From Microcoleus sp. (lineage in GTDB: Bacteria; Cyanobacteriota; Cyanobacteriia; Cyanobacteriales; Microcoleaceae): a stretch of DNA of 64,000 nucleotides. How positions within the stretch are numbered: the stretch's first letter is position 1; every line of letters starts with the position of its first letter. A program made the translations under genes and the position numbers. The stretch covers positions 649,039 through 713,038 of the forward strand of contig JAYFMW010000020.1 in the NCBI GenBank assembly GCA_042408215.1, given 5' to 3'. A model generated the notes under the pieces. It had not been told where the DNA came from. It did no database searches and saw only the letters and a program-made list of their open reading frames with translations. This document shows positions 31,336 to 43,130 of this stretch, in pieces.

Positions 31336-32538
31336 CTACTTTAAAAGTGGATAATACAGTTCTCCGGTTGAGTTGATGAAACCGGCTCGATCGCCTGCAA
31401 GGTTTCCGGTGCCCATAAATACGTCTACTCTACCGGCACCTTTAATTGCACCGCCTGTATCTTGGTCTAAAACGTACCGATTCACTGCGTTTTGTTCGAG
31501 TTTTCCCGCTGCATTTGGGTAGGGTAGTTTGGTGCTAATTAATGCTAGGGCTCCGGGTGGCATTAGGGATTTGTCGGTGGCGATCGATCTTTCGGCAGTT
31601 ACTGGTACTCCAATGCTTCCTGTGGCTGGAACTCCGTTAGTGTCTCGGAAGAATACAAAGCTTTGATTTTTTGGCAAATACTTGTTCATATCTTCGGGGA
31701 AATTGGTAAAATATTCAGTTAGTTTCGGCAAATTTAACTGTTCTAAAGTAAACTTTCCGTCTTTCACTAATTCTCGCCCAACTCCTGTATAACTGTGACT
31801 TGTTTTGCCGGCAAAACCGACTGTCATCACGCTACCATCTGTTAGCTGCAATCTGGCAGAACCTTGGACGTGAACCAGAAATGCTTGGAAGCGATCGCGC
31901 AACCAAACTAATTCTAATCCCCGCAACAGTCCTTTACTTGCCTGCAAAGCATCTGCGCCTTCTAATTCCAATCTTGTCGGGTGAGGTTTTGCCCAAGATG
32001 TCATGTTTGGCGGCACGCGATACAGGGGATAGCGATATTCGGCTGTCGGGGTTCTAGATGCTGCGTAAGTAGGCTCAAAATAACCGGTAAATGATACTGT
32101 TCCTTTGCCGTCTTTGCCTAGGGATTTGTAAAAAACAAATTCGCGCTTGACAGATTGCTCAAGTTGTGATGGTGTAGTAGAGTCGATCGCTAATTGGCGA
32201 AAGCGAGCGAGGGAACGGCGGACTCGATCGCGCGTAATTCCTGCTACTTGATAGCGACTGTAAGCATTAGCTGCGGCGGCTGTATCGAGATAACCAAGGC
32301 TGTAGTCGATCGACTTTAACAGCGATGCTTTGTCTCCCGGTTGACCCTGAACGCCCCAAATTTGATCGTCAAAGGCGATCGACTCCGATTCACTCGCTTG
32401 TAGCTGATTCGCACTAACTGGTTGTAGCGGGGGAAATGCAACAACGGGCACTGAAAAGGCGATCGCCAAAATGCAACAGGCGATCGTCAATAGCTGATAG
32501 CGAAAAATTTTGCTCAATTTCCATTGTCCCTTATTCAT
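31336..32538 (-). CDS. mltA: Membrane-bound lytic murein transglycosylase A
   Basis: FTGYFEP, VQGSARL, RSIATD, DQDTGGAIKGAGRVDVFMG (3D domain). Confidence 0.92.
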   Translation of the reverse strand: MNKGQWKLSKIFRYQLLTIACCILAIAFSVPVVAFPPLQPVSANQLQASESESIAFDDQIWGVQGQPGDKASLLKSIDYSLGYLDTAAAANAYSRYQVAGITRDRVRRSLARFRQLAIDSTTPSQLEQSVKREFVFYKSLGKDGKGTVSFTGYFEPTYAASRTPTAEYRYPLYRVPPNMTSWAKPHPTRLELEGADALQASKGLLRGLELVWLRDRFQAFLVHVQGSARLQLTDGSVMTVGFAGKTSHSYTGVGRELVKDGKFTLEQLNLPKLTEYFTNFPEDMNKYLPKNQSFVFFRDTNGVPATGSIGVPVTAERSIATDKSLMPPGALALISTKLPYPNAAGKLEQNAVNRYVLDQDTGGAIKGAGRVDVFMGTGNLAGDRAGFINSTGELYYPLLK

Positions 32539-32788
32539 CGTATCTTTCAACACTAGAAGTAAAGATCGGTTCTACGCGAATTGCCTGAACACTGGTAGGG
32601 CGAACCACCATGTATTCACCTTGAATATTTTTGATCGGGACATTGAGAAATTCTTGTGACTCATGTTTGGGCACCAACACGTTGCTGTACCACTTCTGAA
32701 AATCTTGCAGCGTTGCGAAACGCACTTCTTCGCGGTGGCCGCCACTTAGCAGCAGGTGCACGGAATATTCGTTCGGAGTTCTGGCCAT
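32531..32788 (-). CDS. Small hypothetical protein overlapping mltA start
   Basis: 85-aa ORF with ATG, protein-like composition, apparently coupled to mltA. Confidence 0.75.
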   Translation of the reverse strand: MARTPNEYSVHLLLSGGHREEVRFATLQDFQKWYSNVLVPKHESQEFLNVPIKNIQGEYMVVRPTSVQAIRVEPIFTSSVERYDE

Positions 32789-32861
32789 ATCTGTATTTTT
32801 GATTTTTGATTTTAAGCTTTTGGAACCATACTATATTTTACCTGTTACTCGATCAATTTAT

Positions 32862-33277
32862 CGAAAAATTGGGTTTAAAACCCCGTCCTTCTAGGACGGC
32901 CTTATATTACAATAGCAAGGTCAAGGTTAAACTCGCCATGCTAAGAGTGAAAAGGTTAAGACACACTTTCAGGCATCAAGCACTGGATACAGAGGGGCGA
33001 AAACTCTTAAAACAGCTAGAGAATCCACGCATTCTCTATACCAGCAAATAAATAATTTGGTTCAATCGATTAAGTAAGGCGGGGCCCGCCCTCACTCTAG
33101 GCTCGTATCAAGCGTACGATGAGTGGAGATCGACCCAAAGCGGGTAACTGTGAGTTAGACTTGCCGATTGGTACTACTGTACGGTTGAGAGGTTTAAGAA
33201 CTGCCGCAAGCACATGGTGCTTAAAGGTCAGTCGCTGAATTAAGAATCCTCATCTATGAAAGAGCGAGGAGTGTCAA
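32862..33277 (+). mobile_element. Non-autonomous IS200/IS605 derivative (ends plus omega-RNA-like region, no tnpB ORF)
   Basis: Left end GGGTTTAAAACCCCGTCCTTCTAGGACGGC nearly matches that at 33692; right end AAGAATCCTC...GAGGAGTGTCAA. Confidence 0.7.
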
Positions 33278-33348
33278 TCATCTAGCTTCCTAGGGTGCGT
33301 CAGCTTGGGGATTCTCCACCATCGAGAATCCCTACTACCAGGGTGGCA

Positions 33349-33548
33349 CTTCGACTACGCTCAGTGACCGCTTCTCTCCCCCAGAAGACCTAGCATATTG
33401 GTTTAGACAGAGGCGCTTCGACTACGCTCTGTTACCGCTTCGACTACGCTCTGTTACCGCTTCTCTCCTCCAGAAGACCTAGCATATTGGCTTAGACAGA
33501 GGCGCTTCGACTACGCTCAGCGAACACTTCGACTCCGCTCTGTTACCG
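33349..33548. repeat. Cluster of CTTCGACTACGCTC small dispersed repeats in a duplicated unit
   Basis: Five CTTCGACT(A/C)CGCTC copies; CCAGAAGACCTAGCATATTGG(T/C)TTAGACAGAGGCG duplicated. Confidence 0.8.
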
Positions 33549-33691
33549 GGAATTGGGCCACCGACCTAGTTTGGCGGTAGCGCTTGGGTGCCGCGCGATG
33601 CCCTCACGCTGCTGTAAGCTCTAAAAAAAACACAAATAATGTATTTTACAACACGATTTAGGCGCAGCACTTAAAATAGTCTGGATTTTAC

Positions 33692-34938
33692 CAGAAAAAT
33701 GGGTCTAAAGCCCCGTCCTTCTAGGACGGCTTTTTCGACCGCCTCAAGTTTCTAATCAGTTCCCGAAGAACATCAGTTTTTGTGCGTCCTACCCACTCGC
33801 AATATTCCTGCCCTCATCTGAAACTCATGTTCTTCAATCCTAAAATCTCATCGTTTTTTCCTGGTTAGTTCCAACTATCTGCTGTACAATAGTAGTATGA
33901 AAACCCTGAAGTTCAAACTGTATCAATACAAGCGGAATCGATTTCTCAAGCGGTCAATTAACGCGGCTGGAGTGATCTACAACCACTGTATTGCGCTTCA
34001 CAAACGGTACTGCCAGATGTGGGGTAAGCATTTGAACTGTGCAAAACTTCAGGCTCATATCGCCAAATTGCGGAAACGTAATCCGTTCTGGCAATTAGTC
34101 GGTTCTCAGGCTGTGCCAGATATTTGCCAACCCATTGATCGAGCCTATCAACTATTCTTAAAACATCACAAGAAAGGAGTTAGACCACCGGGATTTAAGA
34201 AGGTCAAACGATACAAGTCATTCACGCTCAAGCAAGCTGGCTACAAATTCTTGGGTGGCAATCGGATTAAGATTGGGAGTCGAGTCTATCAATATTGGAA
34301 CTCCAGAGAGATAGAGAGAAAGGTCAAGACATTGACCATCAAGCGGACTCCCCTAGGTGAGTTGTTTATGGTCGTTGTTGTGGACGATGGAAGCGAGCCA
34401 ATTATCAAATTTGAGACGAGTAGAATCGCTGGGTTTGATTTTGGTTTGAAAACTTTTCTCACTGTTTCTGATGGTTCCCAGATTGAATCGCCTCAATTCC
34501 TTAAGCAGTCGATGAATGCGATCGAGAAAGGCAGTCGTCAGCATTCTCAAAAACAAAAAGGTTCAGCTAATCGGGAAAGAGCGAGAAAGAACCTCCTTCG
34601 TAAGTACGAAGACGTTGTTAACCGTCGTTCTGATTGGTTTTGGAAACTAGGGCATGAACTGACGGAGCGGTTTGATGTGTTGTGCTTTGAGACGCTGAAC
34701 CTCAAAGGAATGCTTCGACTTCGTTCAGCACAAGTGCAGCGTCTTTGGGGTCGCAAAATCTCAGATCTGGCTTTCGGAGAATTTTCCTGCAAATTCTCGA
34801 AGGGACGGGATGAAAACGCAGCTAAAAATATTGGTGCGGTTGGGGCATCAACCGTTAAGTTAGGCGATGTCAGACAGGTTTTGCCTGCAATTGCTGTTTG
34901 AGCTTAGAATCCTGCGGTACCGCCGGGGAGTATGTCAA
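33692..34938 (+). mobile_element. IS200/IS605-family tnpB element with degraded divergent RHH gene
   Basis: Left-end hairpin after TTTAC; right end GGGGAGTATGTCAA; minus-strand remnant ..EYCEWVGRTKTDVLRELIRNL at ~33730-33860. Confidence 0.8.
33897..34901 (+). pseudogene. tnpB: TnpB with internal deletion (zinc finger lost) and in-frame repeat insertion
   Basis: MKTLKFKLY, GFDFGLKTF, CFETLNL, RDENAA; 334 aa with no CxxC pairs; LRLRSAQV insertion. Confidence 0.8.
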
Positions 34939-35152
34939 CGATACACTGCACCCGTTAGCAGGCTATGTCTGTGAGCAAGAGTGGGAGGGTTCCGCCTTCA
35001 AACTCCTGAGAATGGTGCACAATTTCAAATTAATCTCACATAGCAGCACCATTTTCAGTAAGCTTTGGGTACAACAGGCTTTCTAACCTGTTGATAGCGG
35101 TGCAAAATCTAAAATCCATCGTTAATCTTGTCCAACTACTAATTACGAACCT

Positions 35153-38100
35153 ATGCCCCGTCGCCAAGACTTAAAAAAAATTCTGCTAATTGGTTCCGGC
35201 CCAATTGTGATCGGCCAAGCGTGCGAGTTCGACTATTCGGGGACGCAGGCTTGTAAGGCTTTGCGAGAAGAAGGTTATGAAGTAGTGCTGGTGAATTCCA
35301 ACCCTGCAACGATTATGACCGATCCTGAAACAGCCGATCGCATCTACATCGAACCTCTGACGCCGGCGATCCTCGAACAAATCATCGCCAAAGAAAGACC
35401 TCAAGCAATTTTACCAACGATGGGCGGTCAAACGGCGCTGAATTTGGCAGTTGCGATCGCTAAAAATGGCGTTTTGGAAAAGTACGGCGTCGAGTTAATT
35501 GGCGCTAAGTTGCCGGCCATTGAAATGGCAGAAGACCGACTGTTATTTAAGGAAGCGATGGCGCGAATTGGAGTCGCTGTTTGCCCTTCGGGAATTGCGA
35601 ATCATCTCGATGAAGCCAAAGCAATTGGTCACCAAATCGGTACTTATCCTTTAATTATTCGCCCTGCTTTTACAATGGGAGGCACGGGTGGTGGCATTTC
35701 TTACAATCAAGAAGAGTTTGAAGAAATGGCACAAGGCGGCATTGATGCTAGTCCGGTATCGCAAATTCTGATCGAACAATCTTTGATTGGTTGGAAAGAG
35801 TATGAACTGGAAGTGATGCGGGATTTAGCAGATAATGTGGTGATTATTTGTTCGATCGAGAATCTTGACCCGATGGGCGTTCACACCGGAGATTCGATCA
35901 CAGTCGCACCGGCTCAAACCCTCACAGACAAAGAATATCAGCGGCTGCGGGATGCTTCGATTAAAATCATCCGCGAAATCGGAGTTGAAACCGGCGGTTC
36001 TAACATTCAATTTGCCGTGAATCCCGTAAACGGGGATTTCATCGTCATTGAAATGAACCCCCGCGTTTCCCGTTCCTCTGCTTTGGCCTCGAAAGCAACT
36101 GGTTTTCCCATTGCGAAAATGGCTGCAAAATTAGCAGTAGGCTACACGCTGGACGAAATTTCTAACGATATTACGAAGAAAACTCCTGCTTGTTTTGAAC
36201 CCACAATTGACTACGTGGTGACCAAGATTCCCCGATTTGCCTTTGAAAAGTTCCCCGGTTCCGAACCGACTCTGACAACGCAAATGAAGTCAGTTGGGGA
36301 GGTAATGGCGATCGGGCGTAGCTTCAATGAATCTTTCCAAAAAGCCCTGCGGGGATTGGAAACAGGCCGGGCAGGTTTCGGGTGCGACAAACCGGAAAAA
36401 TTGCCGAGTTTGGAACAAATTCGCGCCGGATTGCGGACACCAAATCCAGATCGCATTTTCACAGTTCGCCACGCGATGATGATGGGAATGTCGGTGGAAG
36501 ACATCTTTGAACTCACAGCAATTGACCCCTGGTTTTTGGACAAAATGCAGGAATTGCTGGAAACGGAAAAGTTCCTGAAGCGGACGCGGCTCAAGCAGTT
36601 GACAAAAGAGACAATGTTTGAAGTAAAGCAGTTGGGATTTAGCGATCGCCAAATTGCTTACGCTACCAAAACATCAGAAGATGAAGTTCGCACTTACCGC
36701 AAACAATTAGGCGTCATACCGATTTACAAAACAGTTGATACCTGCGCCGCTGAGTTTGAAGCCTTGACTCCTTATTACTATTCTACCTACGAAGTGGGAG
36801 CAGCAATTTGGGAATTGGGCGATGAAGACAAGAAGGTGTCGCCGGTGGCTCAAAGTCTCGCGCCGGAGTCGGAAGTTTTGCCTTCTACTAAGCGAAAAGT
36901 GATGATTTTAGGCGGCGGGCCGAACCGGATCGGACAGGGGATTGAGTTTGATTACTGTTGCTGTCACGCTTCCTATTCCCTGGGAGCAGACGGGTTTGAG
37001 ACAATTATGGTCAACTCGAACCCGGAGACGGTTTCGACAGATTACGATACGAGCGATCGCCTGTATTTTGAACCGCTAACTAAAGAGGATGTTCTCAACA
37101 TTATCGAAGCGGAAAATCCAGAGGGAGTAATTATTCAATTTGGCGGACAAACTCCGCTGAAATTAGCGATTCCTTTGCAAAAAGCTCTCGAAAATCATCC
37201 AGATGTACAAACAAAAATCTGGGGAACTTCGCCGGATTCGATTGATACTGCTGAAGACAGAGAAAGATTTGAAAAGATTCTGCGGGCGTTGAATATTCAA
37301 CAAGCTGCTAACGGTTTGGCGCGCAGTTTTGAGGATGCTTTAATAGTAGCTCAACGGATTGGGTATCCGGTGGTGGTGCGCCCCAGTTACGTGTTAGGCG
37401 GGCGAGCAATGGAAATTGTTTATTCCGATACGGAATTGGAACGCTACATGACTTATGCCGTACTGGTAGAACCGGAGCATCCGATTTTAATTGACAAGTT
37501 CTTGGAGAATGCGATCGAGGTGGATGTAGATGCGATCGCCGATGCGGAGGGAAATGTCACCATCGGCGGCATTATGGAACACATTGAAGAAGCGGGAATT
37601 CACTCCGGCGACTCAGCTTGTTCTATCCCTTACCAAACCCTTACCGAGGAAGCTGTCGCAACAATTCGCCGCCAGACAATAGAATTAGCAAAAGCCCTAA
37701 AAGTGATCGGGTTGATGAACATTCAATTTGCCGTTCAAGGAAAGGAAGTTTTCATTCTGGAAGCCAACCCGCGCGCTTCTCGAACAGTGCCTTTTGTCTC
37801 GAAAGCGATCGGAGTTCCCCTAGCAAAAATAGCGTCGCGGGTCATGTCGGGCAAAACATTGGAAGCTTTAGGTTTTACTAAAGAGATTGTACCAATTCAC
37901 GTTTCAGTGAAAGAGGCAGTATTGCCCTTTGCCAAGTTCCCCGGAACTGATACTTTGTTAGGGCCAGAAATGCGATCGACCGGCGAAGTAATGGGAATTG
38001 ACACGGATTTTGGCAAGGCATTTGCCAAGGCTCAATTGGGCGCGGGACAACTGATGCCGCTATCGGGAACAGTGCTGATTTCGATGCGCGATCGGGACAA

Positions 38101-38461
38101 ATTAGCAGTTGTACCAGTTGTCAAGGAATTCTTGGAATTAGGTTTTCAAGTAGTAGCAACTCACGGCACCCGCAAAGTTTTGCGAGAGCAAGGTTTAGAG
38201 GTAGATTTGGTGTTAAAACTCCATGAAGGGCGGCCGAATTTGTTGGATTCCATCAAAAATGATAAAATTCAAGTAATTATCACCACACCTTCCGGTGAAG
38301 AGTCACGCGCCGACGGAATCTTTATCCGCCGCACTGCTTTGACTTACAAAATCCCGATCATCACCACCATTGCCGGTGCGAAGGCGACGGCTGCGGGCAT
38401 TCGATCGCTCAAATCTCACCCGATGGATATCAAAGCAATTCAGGATTATTACCCTCAATAA
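35153..38461 (+). CDS. carB: Carbamoyl-phosphate synthase large subunit
   Basis: [30 protein letters not shown]; duplicated ATP-grasp domains; MGS tail. Confidence 0.98.
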   Translation: MPRRQDLKKILLIGSGPIVIGQACEFDYSGTQACKALREEGYEVVLVNSNPATIMTDPETADRIYIEPLTPAILEQIIAKERPQAILPTMGGQTALNLAVAIAKNGVLEKYGVELIGAKLPAIEMAEDRLLFKEAMARIGVAVCPSGIANHLDEAKAIGHQIGTYPLIIRPAFTMGGTGGGISYNQEEFEEMAQGGIDASPVSQILIEQSLIGWKEYELEVMRDLADNVVIICSIENLDPMGVHTGDSITVAPAQTLTDKEYQRLRDASIKIIREIGVETGGSNIQFAVNPVNGDFIVIEMNPRVSRSSALASKATGFPIAKMAAKLAVGYTLDEISNDITKKTPACFEPTIDYVVTKIPRFAFEKFPGSEPTLTTQMKSVGEVMAIGRSFNESFQKALRGLETGRAGFGCDKPEKLPSLEQIRAGLRTPNPDRIFTVRHAMMMGMSVEDIFELTAIDPWFLDKMQELLETEKFLKRTRLKQLTKETMFEVKQLGFSDRQIAYATKTSEDEVRTYRKQLGVIPIYKTVDTCAAEFEALTPYYYSTYEVGAAIWELGDEDKKVSPVAQSLAPESEVLPSTKRKVMILGGGPNRIGQGIEFDYCCCHASYSLGADGFETIMVNSNPETVSTDYDTSDRLYFEPLTKEDVLNIIEAENPEGVIIQFGGQTPLKLAIPLQKALENHPDVQTKIWGTSPDSIDTAEDRERFEKILRALNIQQAANGLARSFEDALIVAQRIGYPVVVRPSYVLGGRAMEIVYSDTELERYMTYAVLVEPEHPILIDKFLENAIEVDVDAIADAEGNVTIGGIMEHIEEAGIHSGDSACSIPYQTLTEEAVATIRRQTIELAKALKVIGLMNIQFAVQGKEVFILEANPRASRTVPFVSKAIGVPLAKIASRVMSGKTLEALGFTKEIVPIHVSVKEAVLPFAKFPGTDTLLGPEMRSTGEVMGIDTDFGKAFAKAQLGAGQLMPLSGTVLISMRDRDKLAVVPVVKEFLELGFQVVATHGTRKVLREQGLEVDLVLKLHEGRPNLLDSIKNDKIQVIITTPSGEESRADGIFIRRTALTYKIPIITTIAGAKATAAGIRSLKSHPMDIKAIQDYYPQ

Positions 38462-38462
38462 G

Positions 38463-38817
38463 GTAGGGAAACGGCACTGAATTTGGCGTGTCAAATTAAG
38501 GCTAAAACCCTCTGGATAGATGTTTTGATCTAAGCCTCGATCCCCCTGGCATCCCCCTGCTTAAGGGAGTAGGGTGTGAGTAGGGGGTGACGAAAGAACC
38601 CCCTCCCATCCCCCTGATTAAGGGGTTGACTTTGATCGGAATCTTGTCCCACCCCCTACTCCCCTGATTAAGGGGGGCTAGAGTGTGTTTTCAAACTCTC
38701 CAATCAGATTCAGATCCCCCTAAATCCCCCTGAAAAAGTGGGACGCAAGAAGAATCTTGTCCCACCCCCTACTCAACCCCTACTCCCCTTAAGAAGGGGG
38801 ATGCGAGGGGGATCTAG
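38463..38817. repeat. Degenerate nested REP/MITE composite between convergent carB and GH57 genes
   Basis: GTAGGGAAACGGCA, GTGTCAAATTAAG, two GATCCCCC..GGGGGATC cores. Confidence 0.7.
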
Positions 38818-38819
38818 CC

Positions 38820-40409
38820 TTAAAGCGATCGATAAACGCGATAGTTGATTTCAGGGAAAATATTGTCAATTTCCTCAACCTTCTCCAACCAACCAGAATC
38901 AACTTTCCCTTCTTTCAGTTCATCGTACAGCTTGTGAAAGCGCATTAAGTGCGATCGAGTCCGCCGCACCGCATAGGGCACCATCGTCCCTGTACGCATA
39001 ATAAACGCCCAGTCAGAAGATTGAGCCAGCAACACTTCCCGCGCCGCCTGGTTCAAAGCACGCCACTGCAACTCATCTTCAGGTTCCATACTTCCCAATT
39101 CAATCATCCGTTCCGCAGCTTTGTGCAAGTGCGGGTAAATCCAAGAATTCGTATTGTTCAACCAATACTCGTGGAAACCCCGGAAACCCCAACTAGACTG
39201 AGACGGGCGACAAACTTGCTGAGTCGTATTCCCCCGCAAATAATCCGCCAAATGCGTCATCTCGTAGGTATTTTGGTCGAACCAACTCTTGCGGAACAGG
39301 TAATCTAAGAACCAAGGCCCTTCGTACCACCAGTGACCGAAAAGTTCCGCGTCGTAAGGCGAAACAATAATCGGTGGGCGCTGCATAATCCCGTTCAGGT
39401 GCTCGACTTGGCGTTCCCGGTTGAAGGCAAAGTTGCTGGCGTGTTCGGCGGCCTTTTCCCTCGCCCAGTAAGGATCGTACAACTGTTTGTCGCCTAAACC
39501 TAGTCCCCGGCCGGTGATTTTGTGGTATTTAATCCCTGTATTTTTCCGCTGGCCGTTGGGCATGATATAGGGCTTAATGTAATCGTATTCTGCTTCCCAG
39601 CCCAAATCTTTGTAGAATTCTCGGTATTCGGCGGCGCCGGGATAGCCGACTTCCGAAGACCAAACTTGCTGGGAAGATTCGTGATCTCGACCGAATACTG
39701 CTACTCCGCTTTCGGTGAAAATTGGGGCGTAGCTACCGTAGCGGGGGCGCGGGCGGGCGTAGAGGATGCCGTGACCGTCTGTGAGGAAGTATCGTAAGCC
39801 GGCATCGGCTAACATCCGCTCTAAGCCTTCGTAGTAGGCGCATTCGGGCAGCCAAATTCCTTTTGGGCGGCGGCCGAAGTTTGCTTCGTAGTTGTCGCAG
39901 GCTACTTGAATTTGTGCCCAAACTGCTTCGGGGTACATTTTCATCAGCGGTAGGTAGCCGTGGGTGGCTCCGCAGGTGATGATTTCGAGGTTGTTGGTGT
40001 CTTGGTGTTCTTTGAAGGCTTTGACTAAATCTCGATCGTACCTTTCCCAGAAGTTGCGGACTTGATGGAAATGGGCCGCGTAGTGTTCGGCTAAATAGCG
40101 GAGGTGACCGTTGTCGGCGTTGTGTGCGATTTCCAGTTCTACTAATTCTTCGAGTTTTGCCAAGTGCTCGTCAAACCGGTCTTGTAGCAGGGGGTCGCGC
40201 AGCATGGCCACCAGGGGCGGTGTCATGCTCATGGTAATTTTGAAGTCGATACCGTCGCGTTTTAGCCCCTCAAAGACTTGTAGCAGGGGAATGTAGGTTT
40301 CGGCGATCGCCTCAAACAGCCATTCTTCCTCTAGAACGTAGTCGCTTTCGGGGTGGCGGACAAAAGGCAGGTGGGCGTGGAGAACGAGGGCGAGGTAGCC
40401 AATAGTCAT
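38820..40409 (-). CDS. Glycoside hydrolase family 57 (branching-enzyme type, DUF1957)
   Basis: LHAHLPFV, WLPECAY (catalytic E), PYDAELFGHWWYEG, AQSSDWAF. Confidence 0.92.
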   Translation of the reverse strand: MTIGYLALVLHAHLPFVRHPESDYVLEEEWLFEAIAETYIPLLQVFEGLKRDGIDFKITMSMTPPLVAMLRDPLLQDRFDEHLAKLEELVELEIAHNADNGHLRYLAEHYAAHFHQVRNFWERYDRDLVKAFKEHQDTNNLEIITCGATHGYLPLMKMYPEAVWAQIQVACDNYEANFGRRPKGIWLPECAYYEGLERMLADAGLRYFLTDGHGILYARPRPRYGSYAPIFTESGVAVFGRDHESSQQVWSSEVGYPGAAEYREFYKDLGWEAEYDYIKPYIMPNGQRKNTGIKYHKITGRGLGLGDKQLYDPYWAREKAAEHASNFAFNRERQVEHLNGIMQRPPIIVSPYDAELFGHWWYEGPWFLDYLFRKSWFDQNTYEMTHLADYLRGNTTQQVCRPSQSSWGFRGFHEYWLNNTNSWIYPHLHKAAERMIELGSMEPEDELQWRALNQAAREVLLAQSSDWAFIMRTGTMVPYAVRRTRSHLMRFHKLYDELKEGKVDSGWLEKVEEIDNIFPEINYRVYRSL

Positions 40410-40722
40410 AAAAAAACTCCGTAAGTGGGAAACTCAGAGTCTTTAGACCTGAGAGGGAAACGAGAAGAAGGAGTCAGGAGTCCGTATTCAGGAGTGAGTA
40501 TTCAGGAATAACGGTTCCTATGAAAGAGGGCTCTGGTCAGTACGGCTGGATGATGACTCATGCAAGCCCAGTCTATGAGAGAGCTGGGTAACAGACAATG
40601 ATTTGGATACAGCAGTTGATTAACTGACGGGAGTTAGGAACTGTTTTACGATATTTTAAGATGTTATGGTGAAACAAAACGCACAAAGTGCGGTGTTTTT
40701 TCAAGGGTTCTTCTCTAGTAGA

Positions 40723-41490
40723 GTGACATCTGATACACCAACCTGAGTACAGGTACTTGTGCTGAGCCCTTCGACTACGCTCAGGATAAACTCCGCCGAA
40801 GTATGGTGTAGGCTTCGCAACCAATCCGGCTATCGCTTAGGAGGCGTTGCGCTTTAAGAACGGGATGACCCACCGCTCTATTTTTTATATTGATAGCTGC
40901 ATTATGGTCGCGCTCAAGACTACACCCGCAATGAGGGCAGTCGTGCCATCTTTCGTGCAGTTGTTTAGGTACTTTCTCACCGCAATTGGAGCAATCTTGT
41001 GAAGTGTTATGAGCGCTGACTGGGACTGCCAAATTTCCCAGCATTTACGGCTTTATTTGTTAGTATCGACAGTCAGCTTGACCACCCAGCATCCAACACA
41101 GATTTAGCCAATCTTGTACGAGCAAGTCCTTTAATATTCAAGTCTTCGTGAGCAATTACGTCATATTTTGACAGCAGACAATTAGCCGTATTGCAATAAT
41201 TTTTGTTCCTTTTATATCACTTCCGATAGCATCGGAATTATTCATTTCTCTGATCTCCCTCTGCGTTCTCTGTGGCCTCTGTGGTTAAATCATTCCGATG
41301 CAACCGGAAACGATATTATAGCAACCGCCAAGGCTGTTAAGGCGATGAGAGTCATTGCTCCCTTCGACTCCGCTCAGGGAGCAATGACTCTCATCGCCTT
41401 GGCGACTGCTATATCAGTAACTTTCTTGTGTTTTCTACCAAGTTTTTTAACCGTTTTTTGCCTGCGGTTGCTTCCTTTTTACGTCGTGAT
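40723..41490 (-). pseudogene. tnpB: 3' half of an IS605-type tnpB with right end, interrupted by repeats
   Basis: Fragments ..GSNRRQKTVKKLGRKHKKVTD / [28 protein letters not shown] / TSQDCSNCG..CPHCG..ERDHNAA; right end ..GGTGTATCAGATGTCAC. Confidence 0.8.
41214..41412. repeat. TCCGG-family MITE plus long perfect hairpin element inserted in the tnpB remnant
   Basis: 41214-41316 matches 20622-20727; ~24-bp perfect stem AAGGCGATGAGAGTCATTGCTCCC/GGGAGCAATGACTCTCATCGCCTT. Confidence 0.8.
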
Positions 41491-41519
41491 ATCAATTCCG
41501 GGGACTGTCTCGTCTTCCA

Positions 41520-42638
41520 GGGAACGATACAATCCACGATTAACGCGCTTTCCAGATTCTTTCCACCCTTCAGTTTTTTCACCGAACTTAGGTAGCTCAT
41601 CTGAATCTAAAAAACTCGCCTTACTCGTATAGCTTTCTTCGGTTTCAACAAATCGAATACCGTACTGTTCACAAAGCTGAGAAATCCTATCCTTCAATCG
41701 AGCGGTAGGAATTTGCACAAAGTTTTGATTCGTTTTACTGCCAAGATTTATTTCTTGGCGCATCCCTTTGTTCCAGCCAAAAACGACTGTACCTATTTGG
41801 TTTTCAAGGCAATGATTCAACACTAATCTAGCTGCTTTATTAACGGCATCTCTGACCCGCCTATTCCGCTTTTCCGTAATTTTCGCCAATTTCTTAGACC
41901 AAAAGCCTTGAGGTCTATACTCTTTAATCGCTGCAACCCGTTTGTTATACCATTGATTTAATGACTTTAAATGCCGTCCATCTACGATAAAACCGGTTCC
42001 TATATTAGAAACACAAGTCAACCAATTATTTAGTCCTGGATCGATACCCAGAGCTTTACTCGCATCTAGTTTAGCGGCGGTTGATTGAAGTTGGTAGACA
42101 AACTCGACATAAAATTGTCCGTTTCTTGGCAAAATGCGAATCTCTCTAATTGCCTTGTAGTCTAGGTTAGATGGAATTGGTAAATAAAATTCACCAATTC
42201 CAAACCATAGTTTAACCTTAGTTTAACCTTGCTTCCCAATGGGAACCTCAATTGGCCATTTTTAAATTTTACGTCTGCCTTTGGATACGTTACAAGCTTC
42301 AAGCTGTTCTTACGATATTTTGGCAGTTTAGGATGTTGTGTCACTGTGCCACTGGCAACTCCCTTAAGTAGTCCAATGTACGATTTAAAAGACTCCGCAA
42401 CGCCAGTCAACGTCTGTTGAGCAACATGGGAATATAGTGCTTTGAAGTGAAGATTTTCTTTGAATAATTTGTGCAAGTCGTACTTGCCGGGAATCTTTCC
42501 AGTTTTGAAATACAGTTGTCGAGAGTAGTAAGTTCCGCAATTAGCTAATTTGTTTGACTCTTCGCATATAAACTCCAGAACGCTTCTCAATTCCCGACTT
42601 GGACTGATTAGATTTTGCTGGCATCCATAATTAGACAT
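41520..42638 (-). pseudogene. tnpB: TnpB, frameshifted and 3'-truncated
   Basis: YGCQQNLI, GIDPGLNNW, VVFGWNKG, EESYTSKAS; short duplication TTTAACCTT at ~42211-42230 shifts the frame. Confidence 0.85.
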
Positions 42639-43029
42639 TCTTTTGATTCTCAATGTATTGCTTGATTACTGAAATAGGCGCACCGCCAACAGTTGCAATA
42701 AAGTAGCTATTAGTCCACAGGGTTGGCAATCGACTTTTAAGCCAAGGAAATTCTTGGCGAAGATATCGAGAAGAACGCCCTTTCATGTACCGAATCAGCT
42801 TGGCAATCCCAAATTGAGGATCGCATTCTATCAAGAGATGAACATGATCTGGCATTACTTCCATTTCTATTAATTCACTACCAAACTCAGTCGCAACCTC
42901 TAACAATATTTCTTTTAGTCGAACATCAACACCTTCGATTAAAACTTTACGACGATATTTCGGACACCACACAATATGGTATTTACACGAGTAAACAACA
43001 TTTTTGTTTGATTTGTAATTGACGCTCAT
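42631..43029 (-). CDS. tnpA: IS200/IS605 Y1 (HUH) transposase TnpA, apparently intact
   Basis: YHIVWCPKYRR, PDHVHLL (HUH), LWTNSYF, KQYIENQ (catalytic Y). Confidence 0.95.
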   Translation of the reverse strand: MSVNYKSNKNVVYSCKYHIVWCPKYRRKVLIEGVDVRLKEILLEVATEFGSELIEMEVMPDHVHLLIECDPQFGIAKLIRYMKGRSSRYLRQEFPWLKSRLPTLWTNSYFIATVGGAPISVIKQYIENQKNV

Positions 43030-43130
43030 AGTATAGTTATACAGTATGAACCTGCATACCGTATAAATTTCGTATTAAGATTTGTTAAATACTGAAGGCG
43101 GTTGAAACCGCTGCCGACTTATCCCCGTGT

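Noticed and set aside
42631..43029. REP-associated tyrosine transposase (RAYT)
   Set aside because: Sequence and context (IS left-end hairpin, adjacent tnpB) fit an ordinary IS200/IS605 TnpA; it is not flanked by REPs.
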